Below are positions 37,001 through 49,420 of a DNA stretch of 64,000 nucleotides, piece by piece (position 1 is the first letter of the stretch; each line of letters begins with the position of its first letter). The stretch is from Eutreptiella sp. 'Long Island Sound 2002'. Lineage: Eukaryota > Protista > Euglenida. A program made the translations under genes and the position numbers. The stretch lies in the NCBI GenBank assembly GCA_964036045.1, contig OZ038378.1:183768001-183832000 (forward strand), read 5' to 3'. Under the pieces are notes generated by a model. The model made no database searches, was not told the DNA's origin, and was given only the letters and a program-made list of their open reading frames with translations.

Positions 37001-37312
37001 CCCACGGGGATGCAGCCCAACGTGCCACCATTCCTTTTACCCAGCCCAAAGCCAACGGATTTCGAAAAGAAACCGAAGCAGCCCAAGCCTCCCAAGGACT
37101 CGTACCCAGGCCCCTACTATGGCTATGCCCCACCTCCAATGCCTCCCCCCATGCCGTATGCCCCACCTCCCATGGCCCCTCCCGTAGTGTACAGCCCGCC
37201 GGCGACACCCAAAAAGTCCAAGTTTGGGAAGAAGTCAAAGAATCCAAGCCCCGAGTTCTACCCCATACCCTACACACCGATGTCTGCACCCGTGTCCCCA
37301 ATCGTGTACTAG
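31045..37312 (+). CDS. Phosphatidylinositol phosphate kinase (PIP5K family), 416 aa. Exons 31045-31356, 34323-34473, 35209-35576, 36893-37312
   Basis: GT-AG junctions with phases 0,1,0 give YKVYMPQTFRQIR...GRSGSLF...YILKSL, YYLQQNGSSLLSRMY, RIYDLKGR...VFKDND, FLASRGVLDYSLLV, YFIGIIDML, LSTVNPEYYATRFLDYM, then a Pro/Tyr/Lys-rich tail. Confidence 0.93.
32170..32447 (+). mobile_element. Harbinger-like transposase 3' fragment with Cys-rich finger (copy 2), in PIP5K intron 1
   Basis: ILLHSTQFCIWRQV..LYGPWDHVPPHVW...LCALCCQKRSTITVRG*CKEHYCAECIDLHSC; clearly homologous to 8586-8870 (reverse complement). Confidence 0.75.
35787..36600. repeat. Inverted pair of a ~210-bp dispersed element (35787-35997 and 36375-36600) in PIP5K intron 3
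   Basis: The reverse complement of 36375-36600 aligns with 35787-35997 at roughly 75-80% by eye, sharing e.g. accaccacagt.gaccctggcaggcaggtt.cgtttgaccag and cagcctgtacc. Confidence 0.88.
36566..36873 (+). repeat. Perfect (CACCA)n microsatellite, 61 units
   Basis: Uninterrupted caccacacca run ending ~19 nt before the exon-4 start at 36893. Confidence 0.99.
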
Positions 37313-38480
37313 GCATGGACAGTGCGTAGGCTAGCGGGAGAGTCTTGCAGAAGCAGCTGGAAGCCAAGGATCGTGCTAGGTTGATGACTTGAGCGAGGCC
37401 TGTTGGTACTTCTTGGTCGGTTCCTGGCCCAACCCTGGCGCCAACCCAGTCCCAAACATAGGCCGCCGTGCGCAGGGGGCCGCCGATGGCTGAGCTTCAT
37501 TTGTCTCGTCACTCAAAGCCATTGTGGTTGCTGTTCGGCGAAAGTGCCGACCCCTTCATTCCTTCTTTTGCTGCAGTTGGGCTTTGCATCGTGACGTTTG
37601 GCACAAGGGGTCTTGTGCTGCATGGGACCGGAACGAATTGCAGTGCTGTGTGGAAGCGTGAATTATCGCTAGCGGACGGTCTCCCGCGCAGTGCGGCGCA
37701 ATCTGTGGTCCGCCCCGATGGAAAGTCGCAATCATTTTCTGAAGGCCATCAGATCGGCTCTGCATTCCAAAGCCCCCTTTTGACCCAGCCCCAAGAGTCA
37801 TACACACATGCATACACAGAGCGGGAGGGCGTTACAAGGTAACCCCCTCCCCTGACCCCCGTCTCCTGGGCTTAAGTCTATTCCCTGGTGCGCTGTCCTC
37901 TCGGCAGCAAGAAGGGGGCTGCGCCTGGGGTTGGAGGCCATAAAGGCATGAAAGCGGTCGAGTATGCACACCCACCAAGAAGGTTCAGTCATCTCCGCAA
38001 TTCCACCTGTGCAATGTACACCACCCACCATTTAGCCCTATCTCAGCGATTATTCCTAGAGCCCCCTGAGCCCCCACTTGCCCGATACACGACGCATGCC
38101 GGGGAGCTGTCCACCAATACACCGTACGCGGCGCACCTACCAACAGTTTAACACCTGGGCTGCAATGGTACGAGGTGACCCGCTGGGGAAAGGGGGTCCT
38201 GGCTGGGTTTTTGTGCAAGTAGGGCATGCACCGAACAGCAGGGGTAGTGCGCGGGGCGCGCAGTGCATCGGGTGCGCACGCCGTGCGATCCTGGTTTGCT
38301 GCATTGTTCGGATCACTCACGGGTGGTGTCATGCTTCCTTGAGGGGTCTGCCAGCCCATCTGTATGTGAATGCCATCGGAGATGCACACCTCCGGTACTG
38401 GCACCTCCACCAGTGCTGGGGACCGCACTCACATTCCTCTGACATCTCACTGTCTGATGTGAGCCTCAGAGTCACGGAGC

Positions 38481-38482
<2 letters not shown>

Positions 38483-38519
<37 letters not shown>

Positions 38520-38535
38520 ACACCCACACACAGAC
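38483..38535 (+). repeat. (CA)n microsatellite
   Basis: Direct reading. Confidence 0.95.
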
Positions 38536-41500
38536 ACAGACGATGCCTCAGTCGCGGGTTCGAATCCGACCGTCGAGGCGCCCTCGATGTTCGCGGGCAG
38601 CTCCCGTGGAGGTCGTGTGGAGGTGTGTGCGCCATGGATTCCCTCCTGGAAAAGCGCCAGGCCCCCACTCGCCTCCCCACAGAAACACACCGTGTTACGC
38701 AGTCCACACATTTTTCGGCCGCCCGTACACCTGGCGACCAGTGGCCTCAATGCGCGATTCACGCTGCCGTTCTGGGGGATTTTGAAGGTCTGTTTGTTGG
38801 CGAGCGTCCGAAAACTGCGCATTGTGGTGCGACTGCACCGCCCGCGAAAGATTTGCCTGGCCCACACAGCAGTCTGCAAGGCGGTCGTTCCCTTATATTG
38901 CACTGTGCTACCGACCCACACGTCGAAACGCCGTCAGATAAGCTAACGTGTCTGCATTCTTGAAATATTGCGATCCACCGGGGCATGGGCACCGGGGTGG
39001 CCGTTACTCTTACCCACTTCTTGTTCTTGTGTCCGGTGCACGAAGGACCGCCGTGGTTGTCGGTTGATTGGCGGCGACGGCGGTTGGCACAGGCAAGTCA
39101 ATTTCCGCCGATTGCAGTGAACAGTCGCCCGACAGTAGCTGTTGGTTTACCGACGGCGGTTGGCGATGTTTCTGTCTGCCTTGAAACCCCAACACTCTAT
39201 TTGTTTTTCACAACTCCGGAACGCCCCGAGGAACATTTTGTGCCCCGGCAGTGCCCCATGCTCTGTCGGTTGGTTTCAGCTGGTGCCGGGCCCCGTGTGG
39301 GTTCGCCCACGGATTGAAGTGTCAAAGCGCAGGACGGTTGCCGCGTCAGTGGTATTTGCGGCAGTCGGAAGCCGTGGCAGGGCATGATATTGCAAGTGCA
39401 TACACACCCACTCACTCAAACATCGTCAGCGGCACGCTTGTGGCATATGGAAGTGCACCCCTCCCGTCTCCAGTGCCGGAGAGCGCGCGACCGACTTCTG
39501 AATGCGCATCGCAGCATTCCGGAGGTCTAAGCAGGACACATTTGCCATCGCGGCAGTACGTACCAGTATCGAAAAGGTGTGCAGTAGTATACAGTAGTCC
39601 TGCAGTGAATTGACTGGAATCCGTTCCGAGCCGGCAACCGTCGGCACCACCGGTAGTCTGACCCTTGACAACGCAATACTGCGGGGCAGATGGCGCTTTT
39701 CTGTCCGGATGCACCTGCACACAGCAGTATGCAGCAGCACTCTGGTGAAAAAGGCCAAAGAGACCAAACATCACAGCAGGACGCAGCAGTAGTGTGTGCC
39801 GTGGCACCCTGAAGACTGCATCTTGGTTGAAACAGGCAACCACTTCCAGAGGAGGGCGAGCCACACCAGCAGAGGGCCGCTTCACCAGGGGCAGGTAGGG
39901 GAGGTTGGCCTCACTAGCAGTGCGCGTTTTGGGAGGCTTGCTACCCAAACTAGTTCATCATTTGTAACCTCACCCTCATGATAATCGCCCCACCTTTATG
40001 TAACACCCAGCACGTATGCAGTAGCGAGCTTGTGCAGACACGGACACCCCGTCGGATTGCGCTTTTTCGAACCATGGTTTTCGTGGTTCAGGAATCACGT
40101 ACAGGAACGGTAAGTAGCGGTGTATCTCTGTTGTTGTTTTGTGCCAACGTGGTGTTGTGTGCCATGTTGTAGGGTTTGCAGGCTTGGTGAGGACTGCCTG
40201 TGATAGAGCATGTGCAGCTGGGCCTTGGCCCAGCGCGGCACCCCCTGGGACCGTGCTTCTCCTGCACCTTACCGATGGACAAGTTGGGGGAAGGGGGGGA
40301 CAATATGCAGCGCATCCAATACTGCGCGGAATGGGCAGGGTTAGGGGCAGGGGTGCAAGTATTAGTGGGGCGTGAATTGTGGGGCATTTTGAACTGCGGG
40401 CAATGCGGGTAAGCAACAAGCTACATACAGAGTACGTGACTGGTCCGAGGCAGGATCCATGCTGGCCTTCTGATGCATTGCTTGTTGACGAGACTTTCCA
40501 CCCAAATTTTGCAGCCGGATGGTGATGCCCTGATTGTACAGGGCGAGACAAATATTATTCTGTCCATCCTGGCTTTAATATGATTGCCCCGCATCTCTAG
40601 TGAGTCACACAGTGGTAAGTCTGCACCCATTGTTTTTGTGTGGCGTTTTGCCAGTCTGGGTGCTCTGTGGAAGCCATGGAGGATGCCCTCAGCACCACGC
40701 GGCGTGCGTGTGGGGTATTATCCTGCCCCTCAGATAATCTAGACAAGAGTGCACGCTGGCATGCTTATTTTTGGATCAGGCTCTTCTTAGTGAAGCATAC
40801 ACCCTACTCCGGAAGGGGAGGGGGGGGAGGCTTTTCAGGAACGTGGGTGCCTCCCCAAAGGGTGGCGGTTGGCCGACAGTGGAAAAATTCATGTGGACCC
40901 CCACCCCCCCCCTACTCACGCGGCAAATGCCTAAAGATTAAGTCCACCCCGGGAATACCCCAGGCAAGGGATGGAAGCCTATAAATGGAATGTACCCCGC
41001 AATATTACCCATGGAACGATAGCCAAGCACACATAAGAAACCGGGCCATTGGAGGGAACAGCACCAGAGGAATTCCCGGTAGCACACGTAGCACACGTTC
41101 GCCGGCTAGCACACGTGGCGTCGTGAAGCCACGGCCGACGGCAACGTGGAACCCAACCCTGGACCAGCCCTGGGAGACCACCCCGCAGGGAAAATTGCGG
41201 ACTGGATCAACCAAAGCACGCACATAGAAACGGCGAGGCACATACACCAATGTGCCTCAAAGTGCTAGGACCGTGCACGTGTTGCCAAGAATGAATTGAT
41301 GCGAGATTATGTTTTGGGTGTGTCTGTGTATTGCTTAGTTGTGGGGTGGAGGAGTCAACATACCTCCGGAAAAATAAGGGAGGATCCTTGCATCTGCGTG
41401 TTGAGCAAGCGCCATTCTGGTGGGCATGCCATGTTGTCAGCATCAAATGAGGGCTATGGAGCAGAGTTAAAATTGCGCGTGAAAACGTGAGAGCTATGGG

Positions 41501-42069
41501 ATTTGATGAGCGAAGTGAGGTGGCCCTGTGGATTTTCCTATCCCCTGTGTCGTGCGGAGCATAAACAGAGGCTATCAGTGTGAGTGGGAAGTTGGGCATT
41601 GCCAAAGTTGCAGCGCAAATCAAGATGACGACTGGAGAGACAAAAGGTGCCAGTTGGAACACATTGTTTAGACCGTGGGTCTGAGAGCCCTGATTCGGTT
41701 TCTTTGACATGCGAAAGTAATACTAGTGGTTGTGCTGATGATTCCGGTGACACCCACCCCGACACAGGGCAACGCTTTTGCAAAATCTATTTTTCGAAAT
41801 ACAACAGAAAATTGCTGATTCCTCGGTCACTCCAGTTTTTCATTCACACTATTGAAAGAGAAGAACCATTTCTGCTCACTGCACTCAACTCCAATTAGCC
41901 TTGCAAGAGGTCAACCAACCACTCTCCCAAATACGCAATGCACTTTCACTAATGTGTGAGTGTGTAGTGGAGTGGGGAGCTGTGCATAGGAGACTGGAAG
42001 CGTTGGGCACTGAATCATGAAGAGTAGGAATGTTTGAAGAAATGTTGGTGTAGACTGACACAGAAAAAG

Positions 42070-42680
42070 TAGTTTTTTTTCCTGGCGGAGCATTCATTTT
42101 TTCTGGTGAGCTTGGGCACTTGCCCTCTCAAATTTGGTGGTATGAACAAAGTGCTACGCAAACTGTGAAGTAAGTGATGGAGGAAGGATGTGGAGAAATT
42201 CCTATGGTACACACTTCCGTTGCGGGTAGTGCGGACTGTCGACAGAAAGATGGCGAGGCCTTCACCAAATGGATCACTATTTTGGTTCATTTGTGCGAAA
42301 AGAATCCCTGACGACATCTACGTCCCAAGATCTAGAGAAAAGCTATCCTCAAGAGACAAAGAATTAAATGAAGGGCCATTACAAAGCTGCTAAACGGAGT
42401 CCAACGGTCAAGAACACCCACGCATCTGTTTAGGGCACACCAAATTTGCGGTCCTGAAAACTACGTGAGTGTACTCGTAGAGTGGGCGCACAAGATCGAT
42501 GGACATCTGGAGCTGACCGAATGTGAATCATGGAATTGACTTGCTTTCGTATTGGCAGACTTTGCATCTCTCCATGAGCCTTTTGAGTACTTGCTTTTGA
42601 TCTTTGACATGGGCACTTTTATTATCTTCTTCAACTCCTCTTTGAAAAATATCTCTATCTTGTTCATGTGACACTATGTT
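42070..42680 (-). mobile_element. Decayed retroelement (Ty3/gypsy-like) integrase
   Basis: Across frameshifts: ERCKVCQYESK (Zn finger CxxC), LQMSIDLVRPL, VLDRWT, RNGSVY, then SYH-Q..EGQV..AHQK.MNA.R, which resembles the S.YHPQ.NG.VER.H integrase signature. Confidence 0.5.
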
Positions 42681-43019
42681 TCGAGGAACCAAATGGTGGA
42701 ATTGCCGAGCTTCAGTGTGCTTGTAGCGTATGGGTTAAGTTGTTTTTCGCATAGTGTCTTCCTTGACGAAAAAGATTGAGGGAAAGGGTGTTCTCAAGGA
42801 GATCATGGAAAGATAGGTCCAAACCCAAAGGCACCCCAAGATCCATCCACTCCGACAAGGACATCTGTTTCTCGAGTCCCATGGGGTGGTACCGCTTGGT
42901 TTTCCAGCTACGGAGAAATGAAATTCAGTCGGGATTTCCTCCGTGAGAAATAAAACCCCACTTTGTGAAAGACATATTAGTGCATTCAAAGCTGTGAAGA
43001 GTTCTCATGCACAGCAAAC

Positions 43020-44170
43020 CAAGCCAAAATTGGTTGAAGACTAGGGATCTAGGTCTCCGTTTGGGGTTCTGAGGGGTGGACAACAGTAAAGTCGGGGGTT
43101 GCAGGTGGACTAGCTGCCCTGCGAATAGGATTTCGAGCCACATGGCCTGAGATACAACCGAACCTTGGTTTGGGGTTGCCACTAGCCAAAACACACAGTT
43201 TTTGGACCATTTTGTGCTTTTTTGGGGGGGGCATTGTGTGGACATATTGCAGAGCTATTGACACCACCAAGCCTGGAGCGCCGGCTGCAAGATGAGGAGC
43301 TATCCTGTTGAACTAGCTCAGCTTTGGGCTTTTTAAGCCAAAATCAGCCCAAAATTGGGCCAAAACAGTGTTGCTTGTTGTTGCTGTTGCTGTCATTGTT
43401 GTTGCTTGCTTGCAGCGGATGTATGGAGAGGAGGGTGTAGTAATATATCAACATCTACATGATCTACAGTCCTATCTGAGGCATCACCTGGCTCTAACAT
43501 GCCTCCACAAAGTGGCTTGGCCCGGAGGTGGGCCAAAAGTACGTGAAAACAGGGTTAAAATGGCTTAAAAATATCTACTTGACCCCAAACAGTCCAGGAT
43601 GCAAAAACCCATTTTTGACCCATTTTTGACCCTGTTTTGGTCCCCAAATGGCTCAATTTCAAAGCCTCAAACTTTTGGTCGGTCAAAATACGTCAAAACG
43701 GGCTCAAATTGCTCCATCCAATTGAGCATCCCAAATGGTGTGGGATCATTGCTAGAAAAACATGGTTTGACCCCTTTTGACCCATTTCAATCCAAAATGG
43801 CCTGTTTTCAAGGGCTTTCCAAACTTGTGGTGTGCCAGAATAGGTCTATTTGGGATCAATATGTGCTAAGAACGCTGCTTTAGGCATCCCATGTGATCCC
43901 AAGTGAACTTTGAGAAAATGTTTTTCGTCTCATGTTGGGCCCCTGTTGGCCATCTTGGCCTGGGCTTGGTGGGTGCTGAGCATTCGCTGGCAAGGGCCAA
44001 GCATGCAGCGGTATGGGGTCTAGGCATTTGTTTGGGATGTTCAGAGGTTGGACAAAACAAAAAGTGGGGGTTTGTGGTGGACTAAGTACCTTTGGAATTG
44101 GATTCTGAGGTACATGGCCTGAGCCAAGACCCAATCTTGGTTTAGGTTTGTTTTGGGCCAAAATGCGCAG
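43020..44170 (+). repeat. Two diverged copies of a ~170-bp dispersed repeat (43020-43200, 44000-44170)
   Basis: Shared ggtggacta, acatggcctgag, cttggttt.gg.tt and flanking similarity. Confidence 0.6.
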
Positions 44171-44989
44171 ATTTTGACCCATTTTGGGGGGCAGACATAT
44201 CATGAAGTTACAAGGTAGAACAAGCTCCTGTGACGCGAGCAAAGCAAGGCTGTTGGTCCTGTCACAACCATTTCACGTAGCATGGCCGGTTTGGGGCCCT
44301 TTTGGGCAAAAAAAAGGCTGTTTTTGGCCAAAACTGTGCCAATTATGCAGGATACTCTAGCCATCGACATGTGGCCTTCCCGCACTGAACAAGGACGACA
44401 AACAGGCCACACACTGCACACGGTGATGCAAATCTGTAATGCATTTTTCACGGTCTCTGTCCAAAGGATGGAGCTCACGCCCCTTTTGTTGTTGGACAGA
44501 GTACATGCATTTTAGGCAGTGGGTGGCTGCTTACTGCTGCTTTGATTAGGCCAATCTACCTTGCACAACGAGGCTCCTGGATTTGATGGCGTCAATGTAT
44601 GCGTTGGCCTGCCACTGGTTGAGACTAGATCGCACTTGCAGCCATAAGGCATTCTGTTGTATTCTCTTACCAAATGGTGTGTATAGGGGCTACCTACTCA
44701 GGCTGTAATGTACACATATTTGGTATCATTCTCGGACCCTTGGCGCCAGAATTCTGGCCACTGTGATGGGTCCCTAACCCAATGGACCTCATTTTGTACA
44801 TATCCAGTGGGAGGGCACTACTGCGCAGAGGCTTGTGGACCAAACTGAGTGGGTTAGAGGCAGTTTCCACGACCCAGGGGGGATACCGTCGCACGTGAGG
44901 TGGGGCAGTTTCAAGGGTGGGGCGGGATACATTGCTCTCTGACATCATATTGTATCCCAGTGGGTGTGTTCTGCGGTGGGTGTGTGGTG

Positions 44990-45480
44990 TGTGCAGAGCA
45001 TTTTGCAGTGCTTGGAGTGCATGTTCAGTGCACACAGTTGGTGTGGCGGACCATTGGTGTTAGTGTATGTGTGGTGTTCATAGTGCATCTATGATGCAGA
45101 CAGTGCATGAAATGCTTTTGCTGTGCATAAAGTCTCTATGTAGCGCATATGTCACATGTGCGGTGCTTACGGCATGCGTTTTGCATGCCCTACGCTGATA
45201 GTGCATGTGTGGCGCAGGCCTTGCGTGTGTGGTATATATGGTCGGTGCCTACGGTGCATTTTTTTGTGAATGCCATGTGTTTGCATTGCATGCGGTGTGT
45301 GTGTACTGCATGCATGGCGGATGTCCGGTGCATGCAGTACACATGTGGTGCATTACCTGTATGTATGGTGCATGCAGTGGATGTGTGCCGCGCACAGAAC
45401 GTGCACAATACATGCACTGTGTCTTGAGTGTGTGGAGTGCGTGTGTGGTGCATGCAGTGCGTCCGTAGTGCATGCAGTGC
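44990..45480 (+). repeat. Degenerate TG/TGCA-rich low-complexity tract
   Basis: Repeated gtgcatg/gtgtg motifs; makes the Cys/Val-rich false N-terminus of ORF 45270..46190. Confidence 0.75.
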
Positions 45481-45560
45481 TTGTGTATCGCCCAAACTGC
45501 TTTCCGCTGAGGAGGGAAGGATCTGGCTCGGTGTCCCTTTCAGACCCTTGCTGCAGCACC

Positions 45561-46190
45561 ATGGCAGATGACATTGTCAAACTGAACGTTGGCGGAAAAC
45601 ACTTCGAGGTTCTCAAGGCAACGCTCCTCTCTTTCCCCGATACATATTTCACGGGGATGCTATCCGGCTCCTTTCAAAGCTCACACAGTCACTTCATTGA
45701 TGTGGATCCACAGTGCTTTGCGCATGTATTGAACTACCTCAGGTACAGATGTGTCCCCAATGACACCTGCCCGCATTTGGCAGGCATCCGAGCGACCGCT
45801 GAGTTCTTGGGGCTGGATGCCTTTGTGAGTGAATTGCCTGGGCCATCTTCCACTGCGAATAAACACGCCCCGAATGAGAACAAGGTGACCGTGTATACAT
45901 ATTTTGATGATGGAGTGATGGACACTGTCATTTTCACAAACCCTGTGCTTCCCAACATGTTTTCCTATGATGCTGTTGGAGGTCTTCCTAGTCTGAATCA
46001 GTCTGAATGTTTGCAGGATGTCCTGCAGAAGCTGACCAACGCTGATTTTGATGTACAGGTGAAGCCTTGTAAAAACTTTGCCGCCACTCTGGAAACAATC
46101 GGTGAGTGCAACGTCCGCAAGTACACCTGTGCGCCAACTGCGGATGATGGAGACACTGCTCCCACAGCCAAGAAGCGAAAGACGAGGTGA
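45561..46190 (+). CDS. Intronless BTB/POZ (KCTD/T1-type) domain protein, 209 aa
   Basis: MADDIVKLNVGGKHFEVLKATLLSFPDTYFTGMLSG...FIDVDPQCFAHVLNYLR...AEFLGL is a typical BTB_2/KCTD pattern; ATG in caccATGG context; basic C-terminus AKKRKTR. Confidence 0.9.
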   Translation: MADDIVKLNVGGKHFEVLKATLLSFPDTYFTGMLSGSFQSSHSHFIDVDPQCFAHVLNYLRYRCVPNDTCPHLAGIRATAEFLGLDAFVSELPGPSSTANKHAPNENKVTVYTYFDDGVMDTVIFTNPVLPNMFSYDAVGGLPSLNQSECLQDVLQKLTNADFDVQVKPCKNFAATLETIGECNVRKYTCAPTADDGDTAPTAKKRKTR

Positions 46191-47849
46191 CCGAAGCCTC
46201 CTGACTTGTGGGCCCTTGGAACAATGTCAGATTCATGTCATAAGGTAGACAGCTGACAGCGCAACAGTCCAGACCGTACCTTAGTTACGCAGCCCTTCGA
46301 GTAAAGTAGGTTCGGCCCAAATGGCCCCCCCAGCCCCCTCCCCACTCCCTCCCGGGCCTCTCTCTCTGCCCCGTCAGTCTCTCTTTTTATTTGAGTGCCC
46401 AGGCCATGGTCCACGGAGGCAACAACGAGTTGTGCTTTTCAGGGTGCCAGGGAGGCTGGTGTTGAACCACACCCTCAGCACAAGCCCCGTCAGCTCTCCA
46501 TGCTTTTGAGGCTGGGATGCGGATCTGCATTGTGGAGGGGTGGGATGGACTCATGTTACTTTCAAGACTGCGACCCCTTGCCGCGGCTCTAACCCCATGA
46601 CCCAATTGCGCAGTTCTGAGGTAGGGATGCACTTGAAGGGGGTAAGGGAGTTACCTCCCATCTGAGGTGAACAGGTACGGAGCGAAGTCTCAAGACATCT
46701 AGGGGGACAGGCTTACGAGTTCCGTCGCCAGACAGAGGAGCCCCCACCCACTCCGAGCCTTCTGCCAGTGTGGCCTGAAATGACACAAGCCGCCCCCCTG
46801 TGTACCCACCGGCACCAACGCCACCCCCTAACCCCCCTCCCCCCAATTATCCCTTCTCAGTGTGTGGCTGTGTGTACTAACTACCAAGACCAGTACCCAG
46901 TGGGGCTTTCCAATCCTAAGGCCCTGACGCAAAGCCGTGGTCCGTGGCAGGGACCAACTTGGTTGATCCCCTAACTACCCGTAAACCCGTAGCCCGTATT
47001 CATAAGTGTGACAGGTACCAGGGCCGAGTGGGGCCAGCCCGGGGCGACTGGTACCAGGGGTATGAAGGAGAAAAGGCACCAGTCACCAGACAAACCCAAA
47101 CTATGCACAACGTGGACCAAGATCCAAAACGAGCACGCAGGTAACGATGGGCACTCCCCTCTTCAGCCTACGGATCAGCCTCTCTTACCCGATTCGGGGA
47201 GGATAGGGACAAGGGCATTCATGCAGCTGAACAATGCGTGGACAGTCAAATGGTGAACTGACGTAGCAACGAAGGCGTGTAAAGGCAGGCGCCGCTGGAG
47301 CTAAGTGGCGGATCCACACCTGCCCTTTCGGGGGTGATGGCCTGCACCAAGGCCTCTGTCACCCCGGACCGCCCTCTAAGCAGCCTGTAACCGCCAGAAC
47401 CGCCAGAACTTGAACCTCAACCGCTGTTCCAACTGCCAGTCACCGCCTGGGCCACCGCTCTTGGCATACCCCTTCCACCGCCCTCCCACTGAAGGGCTGG
47501 GGGTGTTGGTTTGAGACACTAAGTCGTTGCCGTAGCCCCCTACAGAACAGCACGGTGGCTTGGTTTTCGGTCTGGGGTCAATTTCCGTTGGAGGGTCTGG
47601 AGGGCACTTGGGTGCGTACTGGGCTCTGCCTCACCTTCCACAGGCTCAGACGTGGTCTGCAACCCGACTCTGATGCGCGAGATTGCGTAAGAGGTCAGCT
47701 ACCAGCGCAGGTAGCGGGGCGCCCCAGTTTGTGTCAACGCTCGTGGTGGGCACACCCGGCCCAATCCCATGCGGCAACCAGTCACCGCGGGGCAAGTACG
47801 GATGCATCGGGGGTCAAGTGCTGCGCTTGAGGCCCCCCCCCTTCAGGGA

Positions 47850-48100
47850 TGGTGGTCGCTTTCACGCCAACTTTTTTTGTCCGCCCCCAACTGCCCCATG
47901 TTTGGGCTACATTGTCGACGTCCTGCAGCCTGAGCCAGAACTCAGTCAGCTCAGAGCCAAAGGAAGATGGGAGGAAGAGGCCGATGTTTGTGCTTTGTGT
48001 GACCGGAAGCGGACCACTACAAATTGTCGTGCATTCAATTTGAATTATTGTGAGAATTGTACGAATCCTCATATTTGTACAGGGTGCTCTTAGCACAGTG
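47850..48100 (+). mobile_element. Harbinger-like transposase C-terminal Cys-rich finger fragment (copy 3)
   Basis: EEEADVCALCDRKRTTTNCRAFNLNYCENCTNPHIC has the same spacing as the finger in copies 1, 2 and 5. Confidence 0.6.
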
Positions 48101-48229
48101 TGTGCAAACGTCAAACGTCGGGGGCATGCAGGAACTGTCGGGTATAGTAGCTTACGGCTGGGGGCCTTGACCCACCCTGTGTCGTTCATCTTTTGGATGG
48201 AAGCATCTACCAATAATACTGGTGCATAC

Positions 48230-49420
48230 ACCTCACCGTTCCTGTTCCACGGCTCTGAAACGGAATGTCTTTTATCATGGGTTGTCTTTGGTACTCATAT
48301 CACCGTGAAAGTGCGAATGAAATCGCAGAATTCTTGTGGGCTAAAGCATGGGGTACGAGGTTGATGAACATATTTTTGTATGTCCTGTGCATTCGTGTTC
48401 AAGGCCTCATTCGCGAGGTGTGCATGAACCGTTTACCTTGTTCTTGTTAAAGTTGTGAGGCAGTCTGTGACGATGTGATCCCATTTCCCCCGTTTTTATG
48501 CAGCTCCATACAGTACATCAGAGGGTTTCTCTGCAGGGTGGCTGCACTGATAAAAGTCAAAACCCCTAACAACTAGGCCTTGAAGCCGTTGATGAGAAAT
48601 TCTGGTGTATGACATGGATTGTCAGTTGCTCACCGTCTCACCTTCTGTGCTCTGCGGTGCGCTTGCGTTTATGAAGTGGTGGTACCGTTGCATTTATTGG
48701 TCTTTATTCCCTCGGAACATTGGTAAATGTCCTTATTTGGGATTGAGAAGGGCCCACGGAAGTGAAAGACCCATCATAAAAATTATGAGGTGTGGGCTAT
48801 GGGGGCGCACCATGCGCTGTCCCCGCGCTGTGCGCGCTGTGCGAAAAGTCGGCCGTTTTTCACCACCGGTAGCCACGGGTCCCAGGGTCCTGAATTCTGC
48901 ACCCTACAGCCCCTGCTGGTACACCAGGGATTTTTTGTTTTAGTCTGGCTTGCCACGGGTCCCAGGGTCCTGAATTCTGCACCCCTGATGCTGTTTTGAA
49001 TGGATCATGCACGCTTCTGTAGGTGGGTGGTTTTCAGGGGTATTCCCGGGATAAACAACGTAATAATTGGCAACAGTTGGCGCTGTGCACGCGCTGTGCG
49101 AAAACGCCCCCTATGGATGGTGCCTACAAGGGGCGCCTCCATGCGGTACCTTCCTTCGTTGCCTGAAAGTATCTTTTGGATCAAGAAAGTATGTGAATGT
49201 CTTCTTTATGGCACGGATTGGGCACCTATTTGCACATTATTGGCTGTAGGCATTGTGGGGAGCACATAGAGGGGATCAAGCAACAATTTGTAAGGGCAGG
49301 GACTTTTTGCATTTCCAGCAACGTTTGTAGACAAATATGGTACCCTTCATATGGTCAATGGGAGCATGTATTTGCACACGTATGGAACTCAGATGTACCC
49401 TCAAATTGTGATGACACAAC
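48230..49420 (+). mobile_element. Heavily decayed Harbinger-like transposase body (copy 4), interrupted by a repeat-bearing insert at ~48810-49105
   Basis: Fragments KYVNVFFMARIGHLFAHYW (cf. YN.....YRARIEHLFA.LW) and RQIWYPSYGQWEHVFAHVW (cf. RQ..YQPYGPWPH). Confidence 0.55.
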
